This document shows, in pieces, positions 54,382-64,000 of a DNA stretch of 64,000 nucleotides. The position numbers were made by a program, and so were the translations under genes. The notes under the pieces are model-generated. The model had not been told where the DNA came from. It worked only from the letters and a program-made list of their open reading frames with translations, and ran no database searches. The DNA comes from an uncultured Gemmatimonadales bacterium. GTDB lineage: Bacteria > Gemmatimonadota > Gemmatimonadetes > Gemmatimonadales > GWC2-71-9. Where the stretch lies: the NCBI GenBank assembly GCA_963739455.1, contig CAVUAK010000001.1, positions 1,184,001-1,248,000 of the forward strand, given 5' to 3'. Every line of letters starts with the position of its first letter. Position 1 is the stretch's first letter.

Positions 54382-54476
54382 GGTGTGGTGCCCCCTGGGC
54401 GACACACCATGCCATGCCCGGAGGGAGCGACCGGCACCCCGCTACCGCGCGAGGGATCAATCGATCGCTCCCCCCG
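54377..54476 (-). promoter_or_regulatory. Two adjacent long hairpins at and upstream of the MTase start
   Basis: GGCATGGTGTG(54377)/CACACCATGCC(54413); near-complementary arms at 54419-54433 and 54462-54476. Confidence 0.6.
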
Positions 54477-54536
54477 TTCCGTTCCGGGCCCATCGGGTTA
54501 AGACTTCCGCCCCGGATTGCACCCAATGGAGGTTGT

Positions 54537-55213
54537 ATGCAGGGCAGGTTGATGGCAGGACTGATGGCCGGCGTCGTGGCCACCTCACCACTCGCGGCGC
54601 AGGCTGCCGCGACGGCGCCGACCGACTCGGCGGGCTTCGTTGTCATGAAGAATGCCAGGACACGGTGGCCATCGAGCGGTTCGAGCACAGCGACGTGACC
54701 TGGCGCGGCACGCTGGCCCTGGCCTCGAAGAAGGACGTTGCCGACAGCTGGTCGCTCGTGACGGCGCCCGATGGCACCGTGCCGCTGGTCGAGGTGATGG
54801 AGTCGCAGAAGCCGCCCGATCCGCGCATGAAGGCTCGCGTCATTTCGCGGGCGCGCGTCATCATGAAGGGCGATTCGGTGTCGGTGGACCAGATGACGCC
54901 CAACGGACTCGTCACCCGCCTGTTCGGGTCCGAGGCGGGAGCAGTGCCCTACCTCAACCTGTCATTCGGCATGCTCGAAGTGGGCCTGCGCCAGGCGCAG
55001 ATCTCGGCGCAGAAGGATTCCCTCGGACTCAAGGTGTTCTTCTTCAACCTTGGGGGCGGGCAGACGGTGCGGGGAACGCTGGTGCAGAATACCGACGGCA
55101 AGGCAGTGCTGAGCATCGGGGAGATAAAGATGGACCTCGTGCAGGCGCCGGATGGCCGGCTCCTGTCGGTTGCTATCCCCGCACAGGGGTTGAGGGCGGA
55201 GCGGGTTCAGTAG
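54537..55213 (+). CDS. Secreted hypothetical protein; frameshift near 54655
   Basis: GGAGG + ATG, signal peptide (PLAAQ), DTVAIERF. Confidence 0.7.
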
Positions 55214-56364
55214 CGATACCAGTTACCTCGTCGTACACCCGGCCGCGCCACTCCACGCGCCGGGTGCCCCGCCATGCCGAACGCGCCATGATCCACAGGA
55301 ACATGGCGGCGCCAAGCGGATAGAGCAGGCCATACCAGGTCGGCACCTGCATTCCGAAGCTGATGAGCGCCCAGAAGACCACCGAGAGCAGCGTGGCGAT
55401 CGCTGCCGGCGCCAGCAAGTCTGGCGTGTGCCCGGCGAATGCGCAGAACAAAATGACCGGCGGCACGAGCCAGAAGACCCCGCCCAGCGCCATGGCGACC
55501 GGTGCGAAGAACCGAAGAACCGGGTTCCTGCCGAGTGAAATGCGCGACCCGATGAAGACGTTCTTGGACCATCCCTCGACCAGCTGGCGCAGCGTCTGGT
55601 ACATCCGGGTTTCCATCAGGTCGTAGGCGAAGACGAAGTAGAGTTTCTTCCCCATCTCCACCACGCGCTGTGCCAGCGCCAGGTCCTCGACCACCTCGCC
55701 CCGCACCGCGGCATGCCCACCGATCGCGGCATAGTTCACGCGCCCGAACATCATGAACTGCCCATTCGCAACAACACCCCACGGCCTGGTTGCCTTGTTG
55801 ACCGTGCTCGGGTGATAGCGAACACCGAGCATGACCCAGACGTGCGGCATGATGACACGCTCCCAGAAGCTCAGGACGATCTGCCTTGGCGCCACGGTGA
55901 GCAGGTCGGCCCTCGACTGCTGAAGCATGGAGACGGCGCGTGCAAGCAACTCCGGGTGATGCTTGGTGTCGGCGTCGGTGAAGAGGAGGATCTCGCCGGT
56001 TGCGGCATCGGCGCCCTGCTGGCACGCCCACGGCTTTCCGTACCATCCGCGCGGCAGTGCTCGCCCGGAGACGAGGCGGAGCCGCGGGTCGGTGCGCGGC
56101 CAGTGCCGTCACCTTCCGCGCCGTGTCGTCGGTGGAGCGGTCGTCCACCACGATCACCTCGAGCGGCGCATAGGTGGAAGCGAGCACTGAGGCGAGGACG
56201 GTCTCGATCTGCGCGGACTCGTTGCGGGCGGGAATGATGACCGTGAGGGGCACGCCGGTGACCGGCGGCACATCGTTCAGGCTCGGCTTGCTGCACGCCA
56301 GGCGGGGGATGCCGAAGAAGGGTGCCAGCCAGGGCAGCGCCTGGAGCCACGCCACAGTGAACAT
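55173..56364 (-). CDS. Family 2 glycosyltransferase (CrtQ/HpnB-like); frameshifts near 56060-56100
   Basis: IIPARNE, VDDRSTD, GWYGKPWAC, FTDADT, ANGQFM, VEDLALA. Confidence 0.88.
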
Positions 56365-56900
56365 CAGCTGCGGTGCGACAGGTTGGCGAGCTCGCCTTCG
56401 AGGTGGGTGAGGTGCCGGTCGATCTCTTCGAGGTCGTGCTCGGCGTCGTCGGCCACTGGAACGCCATTGCGGGCGAAGAGCGTGGCGACGAGCGCGTCGG
56501 TGTAGCCCACGACGGCAGTGGCGAGACCGCGATCGACCAGACGGTTGAGCCGGAGCATGATTGCGAGGGCCTGGCGTGGCCGGAGGGCAGTGACGATGGG
56601 TGCCAGGCGCAGGGTCAGGATGTCGCGCAGGTGCTGCAGTTCCTCCACCACCTCGCCGGCGGCGAGCCCGCGCATGGAGCCGACACGGCCGTACTGCTCA
56701 CACGCCTTGATCCAGATGGGCATCACCTCGCGCCGGAAGGGCCCGACGCTCTGGCCCGACAGGTCCACGAGCAGGCGGAACTCCCGCTCGATGAAGAGGC
56801 GGGGAATCATGCCCGTGGCCGTGAGCTTGTCGTCGAGGCGCCGCGACCAGTCGGCGATCAATGCTTCCCGGGACTCGGCGATGACACGGCCGGCTGCCAA
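56364..56900 (-). CDS. Hypothetical all-helical protein (RsbRD-N-like)
   Basis: REALIADW, YGRVGSMRG..EVVEELQHLR. Confidence 0.6.
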   Translation of the reverse strand: MAAGRVIAESREALIADWSRRLDDKLTATGMIPRLFIEREFRLLVDLSGQSVGPFRREVMPIWIKACEQYGRVGSMRGLAAGEVVEELQHLRDILTLRLAPIVTALRPRQALAIMLRLNRLVDRGLATAVVGYTDALVATLFARNGVPVADDAEHDLEEIDRHLTHLEGELANLSHRS

Positions 56901-56968
56901 CAGCGCAGGTTGCGATGCGCGCAGGGCGTTCTCCTTGGATGATGCGGCGGCAATCTATATTGGCTTGT

Positions 56969-57934
56969 ATGACCCGGTCAAAAGTCGTGACACTGCCGCC
57001 GCGCCTCGCCGCGGGTGCCCGCGTCGCCATCGTGGCACCTTCCGGCCCTTGCCTCGAGCAGGATGACTTCACGCGGGCCATCGAATTGTGCCGCGCGCTC
57101 GGCCTCGACGCGGTGCTGGGGCCGCATGTGCGCGACCGACTGGGTTACCTCGCGGGGAGCGATGCCGACCGCCTCGGCGACCTCAACGCTGCATTGCGCG
57201 ATCCGGCGGTGGATGCGGTCTGGTGCATTCGCGGCGGCTACGGAATGACGCGCATCCTGGAGGAAGTGGATTTCGCGGCGCTCAGGAAGAGGCCCAAGGC
57301 GATCATCGGGTATTCCGATATCACGGCGTTGCTGAACGGCGCGCTGCAGGAAGCCGGAGTGGTGACCTTTCATGGTCCCACGGCGCGGAACCCGATGCCC
57401 GAGTTCAGCCTCCGACACTTCGACGAGGTACTGCGCAACGCTGAGCCCGCCGGCAGGCTGGAGCGATTGCCACAGGTGCCCGGCGTGCAGGCGGCGCGTG
57501 AGAACCGCATCGTGACGCTCCGCGAGGGCGTGGCGGAGGGCCCGTTGGTCGGCGGCAATCTGTCGCTCCTGCAGTGCCTCATCGGTACGCGATTCTTCCC
57601 CGACCTCACCGGCGCGATCCTCTTCATCGAGGATGTGGGAGAGGCGCTGTACCGGGTTGACCGCATGCTCTCGCACTTCCGCGCCGTCGGTGCGCTGGGC
57701 AACCTCGCCGGTGTCCTGGTAGGTCGCTTCACAGAGATGAAGCGCGAGACTGGTGACGGAGCCTTCGGCTTCGACGAAGTGCTCGAGCAGTACTTCGGCG
57801 GCCTCGGTATTCCCGTCGCGTACGGCTTCCCGGTGGGACACATCAAGGACCAGTGGACGCTTCCCCTCGGTGTTCGCGCGCGGCTCGATGCCACCAATGG
57901 CGACGTGGACCTGCTCGAGGGGGCAGTGACCTGA
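56969..57934 (+). CDS. ldcA: LD-carboxypeptidase (S66)
   Basis: VAPSG, RGGYG, GYSDIT, GGNL, EDVGE, GH. Confidence 0.93.
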   Translation: MTRSKVVTLPPRLAAGARVAIVAPSGPCLEQDDFTRAIELCRALGLDAVLGPHVRDRLGYLAGSDADRLGDLNAALRDPAVDAVWCIRGGYGMTRILEEVDFAALRKRPKAIIGYSDITALLNGALQEAGVVTFHGPTARNPMPEFSLRHFDEVLRNAEPAGRLERLPQVPGVQAARENRIVTLREGVAEGPLVGGNLSLLQCLIGTRFFPDLTGAILFIEDVGEALYRVDRMLSHFRAVGALGNLAGVLVGRFTEMKRETGDGAFGFDEVLEQYFGGLGIPVAYGFPVGHIKDQWTLPLGVRARLDATNGDVDLLEGAVT

Positions 57935-58771
57935 TGGCGACCCCCACGCTCACGAGCCACGAACTGCCGCGGCGTGCTGGGCCCGATCCTGGTGGATGTT
58001 CGCGCCGGGGGACGGGACACCCCGCGTCCAGCCGTCGTGGTCGTGCACGGGTTCAAGGGCTTCAAGGACTGGGGAATGTTCCCCCCGCTTGCAGACCGGC
58101 TGGCGCGGGCGGGCTTCGTGGCGGTGACACTCAACCTCAGCGGGTCCGGCGTCGACGGCTCGGGCGCCTTTGTGTTTCCGGAGCGATTTGGTCACGCCAC
58201 CTTCAGCTCCGACCTCGAGGATCTTGGGCGGGTGCTCGATGCGCTCTCGGCGGGAGCGCTTGACGTCGCGGCGCCTTCGAGTATCGGCTTGCTGGGTCAC
58301 TCGCGCGGGGGGGCGACCGTCATCCTCGACGCGGCTCGCGATGCGCGGGTTGCCGCGCTGGTTACGTGGGCGTCGATCTCCACAGTGCATCGCTGGCCGG
58401 CCGAAGTCGTGCGGATGTGGCGGAAGACGGGCCGGCAGGACGTCGTAAATGCCAGGACAGGAGAAGTCCTTCCGCTCTACATCGACGTGATCGACGACAA
58501 CGAACGGAACGCTGACCGCCTCGACGTGCTGGTGGCAGCGGAGCGGATCACTGTGCCATGGCTGCTGGTTCATGGCGACGCCGATGAGGCGGTGCCGCTG
58601 GCGGAGGGCGAACGGCTCGCGGCGTTGCTGCGGCATCCATCGAGCAGGCGGGAGTGGATTGCCGGCGGACAGCACACCTTCGGCGCGAAGCAGCCGTGGG
58701 CTGGCAGCACGCCGGAGCTGGAGCGGGTGTTCGCCGCGAGCGTTGCCTGGTTCGCGCGCTACCTCACGTGA
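57934..58771 (+). CDS. Alpha/beta hydrolase; frameshift near 57972
   Basis: HGFKGFKDWG, GHSRGG, HGDADEAV, HTFG. Confidence 0.88.
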
Positions 58772-59615
58772 TGGAGCGGGTCGCGAGTCGTCACTGGTGC
58801 CAACCGGGGTATCGGGCAGGCGATCGCTGAGGGGATGGCGCGCGCCGACTTCCGAACCGTGCTGGTCTGTCGTCGCCGGGAGGATGGCGAGCGCGCCATG
58901 GAGGGGATTGCGTCGCGCACCGGCAACCACGCGCTCGAGGTAATGACAGCGGATTTCTCGAGCCTGGCGCAGGTGCGGCGGCTGGGCGAGGAAATCGTGA
59001 CGCGATTCCCCGCCATCAAGGTCCTGGTGAACAATGCCGCGCTGGCGAAAAAGCAGCGGGAGGAGAGCGTCGACGGTATCGAGCTCACGCTCGCGGTGAA
59101 TCATGTCGCTGCATTTGAACTGACGCGGCTCCTGCTGCCGGCGCTCACACGCGGTGCGCCATCACGGGTGGTCACCGTCTCGTCTGCGGCTCAGCGACGA
59201 AGGAAGATCGTCCTCGACGACCTGCAGAATGTCCGGCGACCATACGGCGGGGTGAGAGTGTACGGCGAGACGAAGCTCATGAACGTGCTCTTCACGCGAG
59301 AACTGGCACGACGCACCGCGGGCACCGGGGTTACCGCCACGTGCTGTCATCCGGGGGTCATCGGCACCGACGGACTGGTGAACTACTTCCCCGCGCCGCT
59401 GCGGCCATTTGTCGCTGCGTTCACGGGCACCGTCGAGCGCGGGGCTGACACGCCGGTATGGCTGGCGACAGCACCTGAGATACAGGGACGAGACAGGCGG
59501 CTACTACATCCGCCGCCGGCTCGCGAAACCGAATCCCCAGGCGGAGGATACGGAGCTGGCGCGCCGGTTCTGGGAAGCGAGTGAGGCGCTGGCGTCGAGT
59601 GGGGCCTCGTCATGA
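58771..59615 (+). CDS. Short-chain dehydrogenase (retinol DH-like); frameshifts near 58786 and 59490
   Basis: VTGANRGIG, VNNAA, VSS, YGETK, HPGVI. Confidence 0.88.
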
Positions 59616-60175
59616 GTGACCTGATTTCCAGCGTAATCGCGCGTCGCTTTGGGCGGCCTCCAGTGCAGGTGGAGCCGGCCCCGGTGCTGCGCTGGGCCGC
59701 GGTCGCGATTGTTCTGGTGCCAGAGCCCGATTCGCTCCTGCTGGTGCGACGCGCCGAGCGATCGGGAGACCCCTGGTCGGGCCAGATGGCACTGCCCGGC
59801 GGACGGCGTGAGGGCGAGGAGGACCTGCTCTTCACCGCGATCCGGGAAACGGAAGAAGAGGTCGGGCTGGTTCTCCCTCCTGAGATGCTGGTGGGTGTCC
59901 TCGACGACATGGCACCGCGCACGCCGGTGCTCCCGCCGATTGCGGTGCGGCCATACGTCTTCCACTTGCCGCGCCGGGCACCGGTCGACCGCATCAGCGA
60001 GGAGATTGCAGCCACGCATTGGGTGCCGCTGACCAACCTGCTCAGCGACGAGTATTACGCTACCGCCGAGGTCATGGTGCGATCCCAGCAGATGCGGGTG
60101 CCGGCGTTCCGGCTGGAAGAGGGGACCGTCTGGGGAATGACGGAGCGGATATTGAGCGATCTGCTCAAGACGTGA
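59612..60175 (+). CDS. Nudix CoA pyrophosphatase
   Basis: PWSGQMALPGG, AIRETEEEVG, VWGMT. Confidence 0.9.
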   Translation: MSDLISSVIARRFGRPPVQVEPAPVLRWAAVAIVLVPEPDSLLLVRRAERSGDPWSGQMALPGGRREGEEDLLFTAIRETEEEVGLVLPPEMLVGVLDDMAPRTPVLPPIAVRPYVFHLPRRAPVDRISEEIAATHWVPLTNLLSDEYYATAEVMVRSQQMRVPAFRLEEGTVWGMTERILSDLLKT

Positions 60176-61061
60176 GGACGTGAGGACGTGAAGACGTGAA
60201 GAACTCCGCGAGAAGTTCAAGGCTGTCCACGAGGCGCGGACCGGGACGACTCAAGTAGGCATTGCCGTCGATGACGTGCACCCGCCCAGTGCGGGCGGCG
60301 GGAAGGTCGGAGACACCAGGCAGCGCCAGGAACGCCGGCATGTCGAGCATCGTCCGCTCCACGTCAAACCCGCAACACGCGATCACCAGCACATCGGGCG
60401 CCGCCGCCAGCAGTTCATCGAGCGCCATCGTCCGGCTCCGCTCGCCTTCCTTCGCCACCACCTCAGTTCCACCCGCCAGGCGCACCAGCTCCGGCGTCCA
60501 GTGACCGCAGGTGAAGAGTGGATCGAGCCACTCGAGCACCACTACGCGGGGTTTTTCGCCGTGTTCGGCCGCCTCAACCACCGCCTGAACACGTGCGCGT
60601 AGTCCAGCGATCGCGCGCCGTGCCTCATCCCGGCATCCTGCTGCTTCCCCGACCACCGCGATGCTCTCGAACACCTGGTCCAGTGTCTCCGGCTCGAGGT
60701 TCACGACGCGCGGCTGGCCCGGCAGGCTGCATGCCGCCGCCTGCACCTCGGCTTCGGCAACCGCGCAGACATCGCAGAGCGCCTGCGTCACCAGCAGCTC
60801 GGGTCGCAGCTTCTCGAGCACAGGGAGGTCGAGGGTGTACAGCGCATTGCCAGTCTTCAGGCGCTCGCGCACCAGCGCATCGATGGCGCCGCTGCTGGCG
60901 TCGTGCGGAATAAGCGTGTGGGTGACCTTGGGAAGCCGGCGGACGGACGGCGGGTAGTCGCACTCGTGGGTGACGCCGACCAGCGAGTCCTCGAGGCCGA
61001 GGGCGCAGATGATTTCGGTGGCGGAAGGCAGGAGGGACACGATGCGCACCAGCAGCTCCAT
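60165..61061 (-). CDS. Cobalamin/Fe-complex binding protein (BtuF-like)
   Basis: RIVSLLPSATEI, GVTHECDYP, LEWLDP..GHW, SRPGPRL. Confidence 0.88.
   Translation of the reverse strand: MELLVRIVSLLPSATEIICALGLEDSLVGVTHECDYPPSVRRLPKVTHTLIPHDASSGAIDALVRERLKTGNALYTLDLPVLEKLRPELLVTQALCDVCAVAEAEVQAAACSLPGQPRVVNLEPETLDQVFESIAVVGEAAGCRDEARRAIAGLRARVQAVVEAAEHGEKPRVVVLEWLDPLFTCGHWTPELVRLAGGTEVVAKEGERSRTMALDELLAAAPDVLVIACCGFDVERTMLDMPAFLALPGVSDLPAARTGRVHVIDGNAYLSRPGPRLVDSLELLAEFFTSSRPHVLTS
60169..60200 (+). repeat. 4 x GACGTGAR repeat at the overlap of two convergent genes
   Basis: gacgtgag gacgtgag gacgtgaa gacgtgaa. Confidence 0.95.
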
Positions 61062-61079
61062 GCTCGGGACCTGCGGAAG

Positions 61080-63179
61080 CTACTCCGGGCCGCCGCCGCT
61101 CGCCTTCCACTGCGTGCTGAACCCGATCCAGAGCCGGCGCTCGATGAGCCCGTTCCAGTTCTGGGGAATCTGGTTGAAGAGGTTGTCGACGCCGGCGTTG
61201 AGGCTAAGCGCCTGGAAGACGCCGAGCTGGAGGCCGACGTTCCATTGCAGGAAGGCACCCTGTTCGCCCGACCCGGTCGAGCCGAATCCATCCTCGAGAA
61301 TGGGTGCCACCCCGGTGTAGAGCGCGGTCACATCGGCCCGGAAACCGCGGAGCAATCCCCACGTCTTGGTGCCGCGCAGGCGGCCGGTGTGTGCCGCGCG
61401 GCGATTGAGCGGCTGGTTGTCGACCAGGTTCTTCGCGTCGAGGTAGGTGTAGCCGGCCGCGACGACCCAGGTGCCGGATGCCCACCGTGCTGTGGCCTCG
61501 ATACCCTGGGTGCGTGCCAGCGCGATGTTCGTCGGGGTGAAGACGCTTCCGTTCACTGCGAAGTCGATCAGGTTCTTCACGTTGTTGCGGAACCCGGCCA
61601 CCTCGAGGGTAACGGTGGGCGTCGGTGCATACGCCACCGCGACATCGAGCGCCCAGGAGGACTCGGGCACGAGGTTGGGATTTCCCTCGATCCGGTACCC
61701 GGCGGCGACGTTGATGAAGTTCCAGCTCCGTTCCTTGAAGCTCGGCCCGCGGAAGCCGCGCGCCAGGGAACCCTTGAGACGAAGCTGCTTCACCGGTTCC
61801 CACGCCACTCCCAGGCTGGGCGACAGGTTGCCCTGCCACTGCGAGTTCCAGGTGTAGCGCGCCCCGCCATTCAGCAGCACGTGGCCCAGCCGGAGCACAT
61901 CCTGCACGTAGCCTTCCACCTGTTCATCTGACGCCTGCTCCGTCAGGAGGCGATCGGGCGCGTCCACGGAGCGCAGGCTCGCCTGCGCCCCGAGCTCGAG
62001 TGAGTTGGCTCCCGACCTGCGGCTGTGCGCAACCAGCGCTCGCACCAGCCCCTCGCTCTGCGACGCGCCGGTGTTCTCGATGGGAAGGTCGCCCCTCGCG
62101 CTCCGGTACTTGTAGTCGAATTGCTCGGCGAAGAGGCGTGCCCGCCACATAGCCGCATCATTGCCTACGATCGCCTCAGTCCAACCCGACACACCCTGAA
62201 TGTCGGTGAACCCGTTGAAGCCACCACCGAGAGGCCAGCGTTGCCGCTCGTAGTTGTACATCACGTCGGCGCGGAGCGCGACGCGCCGACTGGCGGCATA
62301 GCGAAAGCTCGACCGGACGTCGTACACGCGTTCCAGGGGATCGGACCCGAGCTCCACGCCGGGCACGGCCGCCTGCTCCCGCGCGCCGCCGGTGACACTG
62401 AAGCCGAACTTGCCGACCGTGCCGCCCGCCTCGCCGTAGCCTTCGAGCCGGCCGAAAGAGCCGGTGCGTGCCGTGACGCCAAGCTGCAGCGACTGTGGCG
62501 GACCCTGGGTCACCAGGTTGATGACGCCGCCGAGCGCGTCGGATCCGTAGGCGGCGGACATCGGCCCCTTGGTGACCTCTATTCGCTGGACGGCGACAGT
62601 AGACAGTCGGCTGAGGTCGGTGTTCTGCAGGAGGTTCCCGCCAACCGGCTCGCCGTCGACGAGGACGAGCACGCGCGACTCGCCGATGCCGCGGATCGAG
62701 ATGCTGGTGCCGGCGGGTGGGCTGGGAATGGTCTGGAGACCCGGCAGCTGCGACACGATCTGGTCGGCCGCCACTGCGGCCTGCGCCTCTATTTCGGCGC
62801 GCGGGATGTTCACCACGGGCGCGGTGCTCTCGGCGGCGCGCTTCTCGAACCGTCCCGCAGTGGTGACGAGATCCGGAAGGACGATGGTGAGCGGAACGAG
62901 ATTGACGCTTGCGTCGCCGGGCCCGAGAGCCACGCGCGCTGCTCCATACCCGATTGCGATGATGCGGAGCGAGTCGGGGCGCGTTGTGACGCTGAACCGG
63001 AAGCGTCCCTCGGAGTCGGTCCACGCGACCGGGCCCCGGGGGAGCGCATTCACCTGGGCACCGCTCACCAGGTGCGCGGTGCCGGCCTCACGAACAACAC
63101 CCTGCACGATCTCCTGCGCGCTCGCTGTCAGGGGGACAGCGAAGGCCAGGAGACCGGCAAGGCAAAGCGGTCGGATCAC
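61080..63179 (-). CDS. TonB-dependent receptor
   Basis: ISIRG, LVDG, IEVTKGP..YGSDALGGVIN, NPNLVPE, GVDNLFN. Confidence 0.95.
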   Translation of the reverse strand: MIRPLCLAGLLAFAVPLTASAQEIVQGVVREAGTAHLVSGAQVNALPRGPVAWTDSEGRFRFSVTTRPDSLRIIAIGYGAARVALGPGDASVNLVPLTIVLPDLVTTAGRFEKRAAESTAPVVNIPRAEIEAQAAVAADQIVSQLPGLQTIPSPPAGTSISIRGIGESRVLVLVDGEPVGGNLLQNTDLSRLSTVAVQRIEVTKGPMSAAYGSDALGGVINLVTQGPPQSLQLGVTARTGSFGRLEGYGEAGGTVGKFGFSVTGGAREQAAVPGVELGSDPLERVYDVRSSFRYAASRRVALRADVMYNYERQRWPLGGGFNGFTDIQGVSGWTEAIVGNDAAMWRARLFAEQFDYKYRSARGDLPIENTGASQSEGLVRALVAHSRRSGANSLELGAQASLRSVDAPDRLLTEQASDEQVEGYVQDVLRLGHVLLNGGARYTWNSQWQGNLSPSLGVAWEPVKQLRLKGSLARGFRGPSFKERSWNFINVAAGYRIEGNPNLVPESSWALDVAVAYAPTPTVTLEVAGFRNNVKNLIDFAVNGSVFTPTNIALARTQGIEATARWASGTWVVAAGYTYLDAKNLVDNQPLNRRAAHTGRLRGTKTWGLLRGFRADVTALYTGVAPILEDGFGSTGSGEQGAFLQWNVGLQLGVFQALSLNAGVDNLFNQIPQNWNGLIERRLWIGFSTQWKASGGGPE

Positions 63180-64000
63180 TGGATCCGTTCGTACCGGATG
63201 GTCGGGAAGCCGCTCAGCCCGGTGGAGCTGTAGTAGGTGACGACCTGCAGCTTGTAGACCGCCGACCCCACCTTGACCAGGAAGGTGTTGAACATCGGGG
63301 AAAGGCGGTTGTCGCCGGCCAGGTTGTAGAGGAAGACGCCGCTCTTGCTGTCGATGGTGTTCGGGATCGGTCCCGACACGAGTGACAGGTAGGCCGCATA
63401 CTCCGGTGCGTTATCGGCCCGGGTCACGCCGTCGAACGTCTCGCTGACGTCGAACGGGAAGGTCCCGGCGAGGCACGCGGCGTTGATCTCGAAGGTGTAT
63501 GCCTGCGTCACCTTGAGGTCCCAGCTGCAATCCCCAGCGGTCGGGGTGACAATGGCACCGGTGGTGAGGTTGATCCCAGCCTCGGTGGCCGTGCTGAGAT
63601 CAACGACGACCGTCTGCGGTGTGCCCAGGGTTCCGGGCGTGGTCTGCAGGCGGTAGCCGATCGTGATCCCCCGCATTCCGTCAGCCGGTGACGGCGGATT
63701 GGCGTTCACGATGTTCTCCACCCGGATGACCGCGTAGGCACCAGCACCGGCGCCCGATGCCCGGCGGAGCTTCCACACCGCGGATGGATTCGCGTCCAGT
63801 CCGGTAGCAGTGGGGCGGAACCAGCTGGTGTAGTCAGGGGCCAGGACTTCGCTGGTGAAGCCGGACGAGGGGATGTCCGCAGCAGCGACGGCATCGAACG
63901 CGGGCAGCTCGCTTTCAGCGGTGAACGCGAGGATCTCCGGATTGGTCGCGTCGGCGTTGTTCTCGAGGTTGAAGGCGGTGACGCCCTTGGGCCCCGCCAC
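63176..64000 (-). CDS. HmuY-like protein, 5'-truncated by window
   Basis: WDL, YNLAGDNRLSP, FLVK..YKLQVVTYY..G.SGFPTIRY; GTGA overlap with the TonB receptor. Confidence 0.8.
   Translation of the reverse strand: MAGPKGVTAFNLENNADATNPEILAFTAESELPAFDAVAAADIPSSGFTSEVLAPDYTSWFRPTATGLDANPSAVWKLRRASGAGAGAYAVIRVENIVNANPPSPADGMRGITIGYRLQTTPGTLGTPQTVVVDLSTATEAGINLTTGAIVTPTAGDCSWDLKVTQAYTFEINAACLAGTFPFDVSETFDGVTRADNAPEYAAYLSLVSGPIPNTIDSKSGVFLYNLAGDNRLSPMFNTFLVKVGSAVYKLQVVTYYSSTGLSGFPTIRYERIQ

Noticed and set aside
40499..54400. Genomic island integrated at tRNA-Asn
   Set aside because: No integrase, no duplicated tRNA 3' end noticed, native-looking composition
2797..60200. CRISPR array interpretation of the short repeats
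   Set aside because: Units are 7-9 bp, directly tandem, with no spacers and no cas genes

Overview
GC-rich bacterial chromosome segment, most likely Gemmatimonadota (inferred from gene style: TPR-type Ser/Thr kinases, HmuY plus TonB receptor, paired M42 peptidases). Many genes, essential ones included, are broken by single-base indels, which I read as uncorrected long-read errors. In order, the window holds: the end of an A1-type cytochrome c oxidase operon; fabI; a ybbAP/tesA-like ABC cluster; an ECF sigma/anti-sigma/DUF4097 cluster; OmpA; a MarR/ring-cleaving dioxygenase/esterase unit; an ArgR-regulated arginine operon; two Ser/Thr kinases; xdhC-coxG-mocA; tRNA-Asn; a multicopper oxidase; tandem amidohydrolases; oligopeptidase B; an adenine MTase plus SNF2-like helicase pair; and hmuY-TonB receptor-btuF-like genes. 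The best lead is the arginine operon. It has no argA or argJ, but carries a DUF1611-like P-loop protein and an alpha/beta hydrolase, and its transcarbamylase has the N-succinyl-type specificity residue. This suggests an undescribed first step (glutamate N-acylation). Other leads are the MTase-helicase pair with a double-hairpin leader, and an 8-bp tandem repeat (GACGTGAR) that supplies stop and start codons at gene junctions. All family assignments come from motif recognition by eye; no searches were run.
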